DNA of 64,000 bases from Ruditapes philippinarum (taxonomy: Eukaryota): contig NW_026857567.1 of NCBI RefSeq assembly GCF_026571515.1, forward strand, positions 62,001 through 126,000, read 5' to 3'. The translations under genes and the position numbers were made by a program. Positions within the stretch are counted from its first letter, which is position 1. Every line of letters begins with the position of its first letter. Of the stretch, positions 25,871 to 36,842 are shown in pieces. The notes beneath the pieces were generated by a model. It was not told where the DNA came from, ran no database searches, and worked only from the letters and a program-made list of their open reading frames with translations.

Positions 25871-27248
25871 GTACAGGTATTGAGTTGATAGACACATACA
25901 AATGTGCACATTTACATAAAAACCATTTGTCAATTACATTAACATTACACAGCATTAGTTTTCAATGCTTGGACAAACTTGTAACTTTAAAAACCACCAA
26001 AAGTTGCATGTCGTTTCCTTACTGTATGCCTTGTTTTAGGATTATCATGCTCTATCAAATACTTACTCCATAAAACCTAAATAAACTTCGTTCATATCAT
26101 GATTCCCACATCAGGTGTATCGTAAAATCTGTATCAAATGCAATAAATGTTCTGTAAATCTGATTAGTATCACACAGAATGTTCCAAAGTAAAGGAAATT
26201 GATCCCAAGTGTGTTTTTGCCTATTTTATAGCGTTTTTGCGACTTGCTAACTATACAACCCTGTTCACAGGCATCAGTGATTCTCGGGAAAGGAAAAAAA
26301 CAACAATACGGAACTGTTCTTTTATATGAAATCTTTCCTGCATAAATTCAGTAAAGTATGATTCATATATTAATATATATGAATCATACTTTATATAATA
26401 TATAATTCATATAATAAGCGTATTATTACAAACATATATATTTTGCGTAAATCACTTATTCAACATTTTGTCATTGTTAACGAAATTTTATGTCAACATT
26501 TTATTCCTTTTTATTAAAAAAAGATATATAACTCTTATGACACTGTGTAGATACTAACGACTTGTCCTCGAACCTAACAAAAATCAAAAGTGTGATCAAA
26601 AAGTGATATTTGATACTATAAGAAGAATCAATTATACCGAAAGACCAACAATTCAAACAATACTGACAAAACATATGTGAAAACTTTGACGATTTATTCA
26701 ATTATGTATAACATGGAAGTGATTTATAAAATAATGAATTGCCAGAGATAATACCAAATATATTTCATGCATTTACAAAAAAGTATAGCAATAAAAATTA
26801 AATATCACATTAACACATGACTACATTTTTGAAGTTATATCAACTGTACTTATATACATCAGCATAAAATGTAAGGCCATGGAATCTCAATTCACAAATG
26901 GAGATCCCTACACTAAGTCTTATTAAAACAAACATTACATGTTTTTATGTACGTGAGTTTAAGTAACAATCGGTTATTCTTCTCTGCAAATGATAATTAT
27001 TGAGACCATCTGAGACAGACATGGCCTTGCAAAACACGTGGTAAGATAATAAAGAATTTTCCTTGCATAAACAGAAAACTCTTAAAGTAATACAAATGTC
27101 AATGAAAATTACACCTATGATGTATCTTCACACCTTTATTGACATTAAGTATTCTTATATTTTAGGGTAAGAACATAGAAGGTTTCCAAACATTTAAGGA
27201 AATTGATATCTTGTATAGTTTGTATACAGTTACATGAAGTTTGTTTTA

Positions 27249-28426
27249 TGTTTTGGGCAAATAGTAATTGAACCGTCCGTCCGTCTGTTCGTACGAGGTT
27301 AACCTAGAACGGCAAGTTGGATTTTTCTTAAGTTCTACCTGTACAGCTTCATAAGTTACACACTTACTAATCCTTACATTATATATGATCTGGGCAAGTT
27401 ACATAACTATGGCTTCCGTCTGCACCAAGTTATGGCCCTTTTCAGCACTCAGAAAATGAATAATGGTTAACCTAAACCGGCAAGTTGGAAATATCTTATG
27501 TTCTATCTGAACTAATGGCTTAACAATTTTCACACTTACTTATCAATACAATGTACATGATATTGCCAAGTTATATAAATGAGCCATTCATTTTCCCAGT
27601 AATTTCCCTTTTTATCACTTTGAAAATAGGGCCTTGTATGCTTAACCTATTCCGCCAAATTGGATTTGTCAAACAAATTCACCTAATTACTAAATTTCTT
27701 TAATGATAGCCTTCATATTTGGTAGGTGGATACCTTTAACGGTCCTCTAACTTAGTGTGGCGTTAGGCGTCTCTGGTCAAGGTCAGTTGCTCATACAGCC
27801 TTTATTTTAAGGTAATGTATTTCATGTTTATAATAGTCATACCAAGGGAGGTCCTCTTCCTTTTCCTTTAGTAAGGGGTCATTTGGGTCAAGGTCACCAA
27901 TGTCAAAAACATATATTTTTTACACTTTTACAGGTGTATTAACCTTATTATATCGACAGATGTCTTGTATATCTTGTAGGAACATGAAATTGAGGTATTC
28001 TCATTTGGATGGAGGAAGGGGTCAGTTGGGTCAAGGTCACCTGTTCTAAAAGTAGATTTTTACACTTTTGCTCATACAGCCTTTATTTATTGACATATTA
28101 GTATTATAATTGGTAGGAGATAACTTACATGGTATTCTTCCTTTGGATGGAGTTAAGGGTCAGTTGGGTCAAGGTCAACAGTGCTAAAATTAGATTTTTA
28201 CACTTTTCCCCATACAGCCTTTATATATTGACAGATTTATTTCATATTTTATAGAAAAATAAGTTGCATGATATATTTCCTTTGGATGGAGTTAGGGATC
28301 AGTTGGGTCAAGGTCACCAGTGCTAAATTTTTCTTTTTACACTGTTGCCCATACAGCCTTTATTTTAAGTATTGTTACTGACAAGAATCTGAGCCGAGGC
28401 ATTTGTGTTTAACAAACACGTTCTTG
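27249..28426 (+). mobile_element. HINE-type element, family 3, with two different internal repeat arrays
   Basis: (CCGT)n near 27272; ~3 units of ~170 bp (TTAACCTA..CGGCAAGTTGGA) then ~5 units of ~140 bp (GGTCAAGGTCA); 3' hairpin GTGTTT-AAC-AAACAC and end TTCTTG. 5' end eroded. Confidence 0.75.
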
Positions 28427-30047
28427 TTTTTGTTTTTGCGTTCCAAAAGAGACTTTATAGCAATTTTCAGTATGTTCAAATATCATATTTGAGCATAGTA
28501 TTTCTCTCATATGTTCAATTTACAGATGCAGATTTATTTTTAGTAATACAATAGTTTTGATTTCTTTGTTTACATACGCCTATTTGTTGACCTGATATAT
28601 ACTTATGAGTGTCTGTATTTTATTATAACCTTATAATTTCATAAAAAAAAATAAGTCCAATAGAAGAAAAGATAGATTTGCATTTTCCTCTTAAGCACAG
28701 ATTCATATGGTGCCGCGTTTTAAGTGCAAGTATTTTCATTTTGGATTATTTTCAGATACACAAATAGGGTCTTCCGTTGCCAAGTGGTAAAGGTCGATGA
28801 CAAGACACAATTTAACAGCAAACGGGGAACATCACCAACACTTTGTAATTATATGATTTTATTTTTCTTAAATCCTATAAATTATAATTCAGACAAATTT
28901 CACATTATTATGATACAGGTATGGCAATCGAACACATTATCATACGATATATGCACATAATTAAATGTATATGACGTCAGAAATGACGCCAATAAACCAA
29001 ATAAAGTCAGAAAAAATACTTTAACGTTAATTGCTTTGTTTAACGTTTTGTATAAGTTGTTCATTAGAATGTTTGAATGACATTTGATATTAATGTTTCC
29101 TGTATTATAGCATAACAATGCACGGCGTTTCCTTCAAATGAATTGTACATTGTAATTAATCTCCCAGGCCTATTGACCTTCGTTATCCATATTGCTACGT
29201 ATTAGAACCTTGAACCGAGGGAACCTCAACAACAATGAACTAAGACTTGTTTTTCCCTTATTGAAGACATTGTTCTTGTTATAATTGTGTTATTCAGACA
29301 AAATAATTGACGATATAGCTAAATGTATGTATGAATATAACATTTATTATAAATTCAACATTAAATCATTCGTTCTTAAATATTACTTTCTAAACCCTCT
29401 TTTAAATACCAACCATTATTGGATACATTAGATCTCCAATTATATAAACATGTAAAACTGAAAATCACATATTCTATTGCGTTTAATTTAAATACATGAC
29501 ATTAAGACTATTTGTATATTAATAATAACCCATAAAAAGATTATTCATAGAGTTATTAGGTTAAATATCCATATGCTCTCACTGTAATGGATAATTATTT
29601 GCAGTGTTTTTATAGCTTAAAGTATTTTCAATACATGACCTTACATTTTTATTTTTTTTAGTGTACAAATGAGAGAATCTTGAAAATCAATCACTTAATC
29701 CTTATTTGTAACAAATCAAGAAAATATTTATATTAAAAAATTTGAGTTAATACATATTTTTATGATATATATCTTTCGCATGTTTATTATTGAAAGAGAA
29801 TAAATTCATTGATTCTACAACAATTCGTATAGAGATTTTTTAAGGTCCTGGAATTATAAACAATTAAGATTTTTATCATTGAAACTTATACATGTAAATA
29901 CATTTGATACCTTAAGTCACAATTTCAGTATTAAAAATATAATGTTTTTGAAGGGATTATTTTTATAGAAGAGGAAATAGTCCAGTTATGCTGTGTATTG
30001 GTATTTTTTCTTTGTGTAATCATTTTTTTAAGAGATTAAAAGAATAC

Positions 30048-31051
30048 CATCGTCGGATAACCACGATTGATTAACATGTCACATAACATGCAATCACTGA
30101 ATGTTATGGTGGCTGATTTGTGCCATTTTGCGTTTTCGTCCCGCGACCCCGCCAAGCGAAAAGTCGAGAAATTAACAATTAAAATGGCGGGGGCGCGCAG
30201 CGAAAACACGCTAATTAGCGGGGGCGCGGGGCAAAAAGTCGAGATTAAATTGTAAAACCGCGGGGCCGCGAAGCGAAATATTTATTGTTATAGGGCGCTA
30301 ATTAGCGTGCTTTTGTCCGCGCCCCCGCCAAATTATTCTTAAAACCTCGACTTTTTGCTCCGCTCCCCCGCTCATTAGCGTGTTTTCGCTCTGCGCCCCC
30401 GCCGTTTTATACATTTATTAAACCTCGTTTGGCGTCCCCGATAATAAGCGTGTTTTTGCTCCGCGTCCCAGCCGTTTTAATTCTTAAATCTCCTACCGCG
30501 ACCCCGCAGAACGAAGTTTTTTCCTTAAATCTCGCCCCGCGCCCTCGCTAATTAGCGTGTTTTCGCCCCGCGCCCCCGCCGTTTTATTACTTACATCTTG
30601 TCCCGCCGGGGTCGCAGGACGAGATTTAAGTAATAAAACGGCGGGGACGCGGAACGAAAACACGTTAATTAGCGGGGGTGCGGGCGAGATTTAATAAAAA
30701 AACTTCGCCCCGCGGGGTCGCAGGATGAGATTTAAGAAATAAAACGGCGGGGACGCGAATCGAAAAGTCGAGATTTTGTAAGAATAATTTGGCGGGGGCG
30801 CGGACAACAGCACGCTAATAAGCGCCATAAAACAATAAATATTTCGCCTCACAGCCCCGCGGTTTGACAATTAAAACTCGACTTTTCGCCCCTCGCCCCC
30901 GCTAATTAGCGTGTTTTCGCTCCGCGCCCCCGCCATTTTAACTTGTTAGTTCTCGACTTATCGCTTGGCGGGGTCGCGGGGCGAAAACGCGAAATGGCAC
31001 AAATCAGCCACCATAGTATGTTAGTGGTTCGGCCGTGGGTATCCGACGATG
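30048..31051. mobile_element. Tiny (~95 bp) MITE with 18-bp TIRs and 9-bp TSD (Mutator-like, tentative), expanded by an internal insertion
   Basis: TIRs CATCGTCGGATAACCACG (30048-30065) / CGTGGGTATCCGACGATG (31034-31051), 17/18 match. TSD AAAGAATAC at 30039-30047 and 31052-31060. Confidence 0.8.
30105..31015. mobile_element. GC-rich 0.9-kb foldback (palindromic) non-autonomous element flanked by TA
   Basis: Ends TA-TGGTGGCTGATTTGTGCCATTT / AAATGGCACAAATCAGCCACCA-TA. Arms pair inward to a loop at ~30604-30616 and are built from subrepeats such as GCTAATTAGCG and CGCCCCCGCC. Confidence 0.9.
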
Positions 31052-31399
31052 AAAGAATACAAGAACATAATCAATTTGTTCTATAATACAAAAGCACAAA
31101 ATTAGAAATATGGCAAAGCTTCAAACAAAGACATTCATGAAGGCTTTTTCGTTTGATAATTTATCAGCCTAATTTGGCATCATTTTCTTGTAAATTTCAA
31201 TAATTTAAAAGATATATAACGAAATAACAAGTAGACTATATAAGGGATGTGTTTGTAACAACAAATAAGTTTCTTATAATTATATAGAATCACTTTATAA
31301 ATTCCCTTTGACCTTAATGGTCAAATGATCAAATGACTGTTTTATGCAAATACATATCATTTATACTATACATTCAATTCTGTTATGCGTTACTAAAAT

Positions 31400-32200
31400 A
31401 TAAGATGTAGATATACCTTAAACTAATACGTTTTCTTCGAAAATTGTAGGTTCCAACCTTGACAACTGATATTTTACTACGACAGCACTGCTTTACTAGT
31501 CTATTTGATTTTCTATAAAATTGTTTTCTTGGAATTGTTGACGTGAACAAAATAGGAGTGTTTGATAGTTGTTGTACATGTGTTTAGAATAAAAAATAGG
31601 TCGTTTATCTGTTGCTGAGGATCTATTATATTGAATTGTCCTTGTTACTTACAAGAGAAATGCCTACATTAATTTCCTAGCCATTTATTACAAGTTTAGA
31701 AACCATCCGATTGTAATATAGAGAAAAGAAATATGTCTTGAATGTCTTTCAATCATGATTTGTGTTTTTTTTTCTTTAGTATCACATTTATACTGGAGAA
31801 ATTGTCATATGTTTTAATTTTAATTTTACCTAACATAAATGATAATCATGTTTTGCAAAAAAATAAGATATGACCTTTCTGACCATGTTTCTGGGGGTAA
31901 TGTGATTTGTCTGTCAAAATTTTCTTGTTCTTGTCACTATTCTTATTATAATACCAATACTAATTATTCGCCTCTTGTAAGCAGTTTCAGCGTAAAATTC
32001 TATATAAAGAATAGTAAAATGGCAATGCTATCTGGTATCTTGTAAAACATGATATAAGAAACGCAGAATTCCAAAGGAACTCAAAAGCAAAATAATTGAG
32101 CAGAAGAATTGATCAAGTTCATTAACGAACCAAAATTGTGTTTGCATTTTGTTTTGAATGTAATGGATGCAAAAAACCCCAAACAAAATGGAAATTTGAA
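31400..32200 (+). pseudogene. Possible decayed LRR relic
   Basis: 'VYLLLRIYYIEL' and 'FITSLETIRL*YREKKYVLNVFQS' fit the LRR pattern. Weak. Confidence 0.3.
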
Positions 32201-32279
32201 GTAGTAGGGGCGATGAATATATGCCATTAAGTAGAGTGTTTACAGAATATCCTGGTAATGGCTCAGTAACGGACTAGAA

Positions 32280-34200
32280 GGAGCTCTAATCAGTATGTAA
32301 TATTTAAAGTTAAAAAATTCAATTTTATTCGATACCTGTTCATTTTTATAAAGACGGACATAAACAAATTCGATAGCTATGGCACATAATTTCAGGCTAC
32401 TGCTAGAATTAATAATGGCGTTTCAACAGAATTTAGTCGCAGAAATTCTCATAAGGAGATGCGCCCGTTGGACTTAAAATCACTCATTCTGCCAAGGAAC
32501 TTAAACCTCGGTTACTATCTTAAATGTCTGAACGGTGTGTCTGGATAATTAAAATTCTTGTTCCCTCGCCGATATGCCTGGTCTGAAGTTGTCATTTGCT
32601 TAACAATACCATAAGTACTAATGTCTTATTTATCAAACAAATATTGGACAAGACATGAAAAAAGAACACATCTTAACCTAATGCAAATTTGTTTTTAGTC
32701 AGAATACCTATACGCACACACTACATATAATTCTAATATATGAATAGGGATAATGCTATTTATAGTGAGGATTAAGAGGGGTCCTTCTGGGCTCCTTGCC
32801 ACTTGTTCTTGTTGCTGGGTCGTGTGGGGGTTGCGTTCATTGCGCCGCCTTTCCTTGTTGATCTTGTTTATCATAATTTGGTTTTGTAACCCTCAATCAG
32901 TACAATTCCAGAGAGCTCTCTTAATTAACGTTTATATTTGATATTTCCTTTCTATTTCATTCAAATAGAGGATATAATGAAAGTTTTAACTTAAGCTTTA
33001 TTTTGAGTGATGATTGTGCCCTCCTCTGTCCCGTTAAGTGTCCTGTAGTTGCGTGTGTGTTTGGATTATGTAGACGCTGCATGGCATGAACGTTGCATTT
33101 TCATAATAAAAGCTCGGTGTCAGGGATTGTTGTGTTGTATAGTTTCCATTAAATTAACAGACAGATATATCAAACGACAGTTTTTTATCACACAAAAGCC
33201 GATTTGTAATACACTGGAGATTATTTGTGTCTTGAAAATGGTTTGTTATACATGACAGTGTAAAAATTGTTAATCAGTCTGGCATAGATGTACCTTAACA
33301 TCTATAAGCGAAATCCAATGAAAAAGCTGTCAACTTCAAAATGAGATTCAGTTCTAGGAAACGTTATTTCCAAGAAAATTAAGTAAATGATTATAGTTAT
33401 CAAAATGACAATGTGACAATGTTAGTTCTGTATATTTTTGTGATTAAATGTAAGAATATATGGAAAAGCTAAAGTGATTTCCCTTTTTATTCACTTATAG
33501 TCTTTAACAAACAGAAAAATTGAATTTCTATAGAACTCCCAGAGCGACAAAATCGAATATGAAACATGCTCGATTTGATTGACACAAACTAAATGTTTCT
33601 AAATAGTAATGTTCCCTGGAACGTCTCTCTACCTATGAGAAATTGTAAGACACATAACAGTTCTTGCATGCACATGTCTTACGCTATTAGAACATCAAAT
33701 AAGTGTAAAACTTATGAGCTAGTATTAGTATCATAAAACAAACGTGAACACAAACTACAGGATAACGATGTGTGGACCTATGCAATGGTGTGCATATATT
33801 TTTTTAAAATATAAAAGACTTGGCACACGTCAGCATTTATATTATCTGTCAAGAAGCGTACGCAATACAGTGCGTAATAACACATTACTATAATGCTCTG
33901 TATGTTAGTACACGTAACACTTACGCAATCTGAGAATTTTATCAATGTGTACTATGGATGAGGTGTGTTGTTTAATGTTTCAAAATCCGGAAAGAATGTG
34001 ATGTGATCTCTCGGAAGCATTAATCTAACAAAAATACCATAACATGCTAATTGTAGAGTTTTATTTTGTGATAAAATAGGATGGCATTGATTCAATACTT
34101 CACAACAGCAGGTGGCAAGTGCCGTGTGACAGTTTAAAAAATTACACCCGTACTTCATTTCAGTGTTGTTATATTTTCTGGTCATTCGGGATCATTGATG
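32280..34200 (-). pseudogene. Decayed TLR relic on the minus strand
   Basis: Cys-rich LRRNT-like segment and 'RLMLPRDHITFFPDFETLNN' (ORF 33952-34185); 'IGRETFQG / LETFSLC / NQIEHVSYSIL' (~33560-33640); LRRCT 'LFHWISLIDVKV...LHC' (~33250-33330); TIR 'YC*ANDNFRPGISAREQ...AHLL...NAII' (FRPG at 32576-32587). Confidence 0.6.
32803..32880 (-). mobile_element. 3'-terminal fragment of a non-LTR retrotransposon (same family as 60237-60820)
   Basis: ~75 bp closely matching 60238-60312; minus strand ends CACACGACCCAGCAACAAGAACAAG. May extend further 5'. Confidence 0.55.
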
Positions 34201-34209
34201 TCAGCACTA

Positions 34210-34350
34210 TGAAGTGTTGAGAATTGAGTACCGCTCAAGCCGGTGCTAGGGGCGTGAGTGATGTTCCACGTAATGCCCCATGTACAGACTATATCAAACC
34301 GAGTCTGCAATTCTCTTTTAATTTTGTTGTGATTAATACTTCCGAGGGAT
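34210..34350 (+). repeat. Divergent relative of the ~510-bp structured repeat (terminal part)
   Basis: GGTGCTAGGGGCGTG...CCATGTACAGACTATATCAAACCGAGTCTGCAA...AATTTTG...AGGGA aligns with the 12347, 19286 and 57046 copies. Confidence 0.65.
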
Positions 34351-36842
34351 CGCCCTTTCCAGAATTGTAGAATCATACTGCTTTATGTGTCTCAACAGCT
34401 GATTATAATGTCTGATTTTTATTTTTGTTTCTAGCTTCCAACTCTTGGCCTTTGCAGTCCTTTGGTATTTATTTTTTTGCTTGCTGAGCGATATTACGGA
34501 TCAGTGAAGTTGGTGACATAACGTCAAGGAATGATTTCATTGCCTGTATTACGTGTTAATGAGCAAAAGTTTTTAGCTTATATGTTTGCCACATATTGCA
34601 AAAACTATGCATTTTTCATATGTACATTTAATTTGTTTTTCGTAACAGAGAGTGTACAAAAATTCACTGTCACCACTGATATGTCTTTCGCCACACTTTG
34701 CAAGATAGGGTTTTAATGTCACTGTTATCTTACCAGTACCGTAAATATTATATATAATATATATAAATAGGCGAATTTGCATCTACGTGACAAGTCATTA
34801 AATTTGCTTCGCATGGCACCTTGAATGTACTATTTAAATGTTGGCTCCAGAATATATACCCTTTCTTTTCCTTCTCCTAATGTTTTATAATTAGAGTGCC
34901 ATTATGTTACAAAATACACCTGTCACAAGTACTTTGTCATTTAGAATTTTACAATTCTATTTGCGAATATGACTAATACTCACATTTAATACTCTTATTT
35001 GAATATGACATTGAACATGTTGGAACATGTACTTTGCACACAAAACTATGCGTCACACTCTTAAACATTCTTGAGTTTTATAATAATATCTCTATGTATG
35101 AATGATTTTACTATGGACACGTTTTTTCCCTTGACATCTAACTGCATTATCTGTGTTCGTTTGCATGTACAACACTAAGTCACATAACGGTTAACATTTG
35201 TGTCAAGTAATACATTTAATCCTCAATGTCCTATGTAAAATACAATCTTTATTATTTCTACTGACATTGACTCTGCATATATTGATTTAGATTATGCTTT
35301 CCATGCACACGTTTAATAAATGAATATGACTTTTACCTCTAAATAAAACCTTTACTTTGGCTTCAGGAACCTACATTTGCGTGTGACACACAGAATAACA
35401 ATAACATTATTAGGCCTTTATGCAAAATATAATAAGTGTAATTTACGAACATTTAAAACAAACCTCAAAAAGATATTCCCCCATTGACTTATACATTTTT
35501 AGAAGTTAATATCATAGTTACTTTGATTTAACTTTAAAAATGTAATTCAATTCTCCCGAAGTTTTTTCTTACGCCTTGTCGTTAATTCACAGCATAATTG
35601 TTATTTATTTGCATTTTTCTCGGACAACTCTCCACTATCCATTGATATCGTACATAAAAGATACTATGATTAAGAAATTCCAGTTGCCAATCATTGTCAG
35701 AATAAAAGGGATTAAAATATAGTTGACTTGGTTACGTATTATTAAGTATACAACCAGTAGACTTATAATTACCAAACAGAGATTTATACACATTAAGACA
35801 CACTAGAATACCAAAAAACTCCCATCCTACTCTCACACTACACGACGTCCCATTTTGTATAGCTCGCAATGAATATTCCAATGTCAAAAATGTCCTTCTT
35901 TAATGACATGATCTTGTATTTGTTTGTTATAGCTTTTATCGAGTTAATTTACTTACTGAACTTTTTTCTTCAGTTCCATCCAAAAGGTATTATTTATTTC
36001 TTAAAGGAAATATAATGGTATTCTTATGTTCAATTTGTTCATTCTTACTCACTTGAGGTTCGTATTGCAAGTGTTTGTGTATATTTCATTAAACTCTTAC
36101 AAACTCAGGGTAACTGGTACCTTTTTTACCTTTTACCTCTAAGGTGGCATAATCTTTGACGTAAAGATCTAGTTCATTCGCACAAAACAACGTCATTATT
36201 TGGTGCACATGTTTGTAAAGTAATACTTTAATCCTACCATGCATGTAGAAAATAAGCCACAGGACCAAAGCTGAATGTTGCTTTGAATAATGCAGGGGAT
36301 GTTTCTTATTAATTATCTTTGTTGTTGTTGTCGTTTAAATATCTATAACATATGAACACACTTTGTTATTACAACATTAAATATATTTAATGAATTTTAT
36401 TGGTAAAATTTGTAAATAATATCAGTTTTTAAAGTGTATAGAGTTTACAAAGCCAGTGAGTTAATGTCAAAATTAAGTTTCACAAGAAATGATGCGTATC
36501 TTCCAGTGATCTTTTATGGTTATCAATGCTTTAATTTGGAATTTTAAATTTTACATTTACACTGAATTAAAAAACAGTAACAATTTTGACTCAAACAAAA
36601 GTATACCTTATTGAATACGGTCCTTATTATAATACGTGATTAAACTGACATAACGCTCATTCTCAATAGAATAAAGCATTTTAGGTTGAAAAATATTAAA
36701 AATTTGATGTTGTCATTGTGTCATTTTTTATCGGTGCAGTAAATGTTTAGGGTATTTTGCAAGTTTGCCAGAAATATTTTGAACAAGAAATTATAATATA
36801 ACAGGATGGCATTTATTTCGGTAATGACACTGTATTTTTTCG

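Larger units (their letters stand above)
25404..29550 (+). pseudogene. Decayed complete TLR relic (signal, LRRs, LRRCT, TM, TIR), split by a SINE and a HINE
   Basis: LRRs 'DL*NNELPEIIPNIFHAF' (26721-26774) and 'YVSLSNNRL' (26950-26976); LRRCT 'LNPINYNSDKFHIIMIQVW...C' (from 28868); TM and juxtamembrane 'TLTLIALFNVLYKLFIRMFE*HLILM' (~29018-29095); TIR 'ELRLVFP' (29237), 'SDKIIDDIAKC' (29294), 'KSFV'. Domain order correct; ~2.7 kb once insertions are removed. Confidence 0.65.

Noticed and set aside
35223-35243. Left TIR partner (TCAATGTCCTATGTAAAATAC) for the motif-array element ending at ~38485
   Set aside because: Match needs a gap, no TSD is seen, and the site lies in LRR-like relic sequence.
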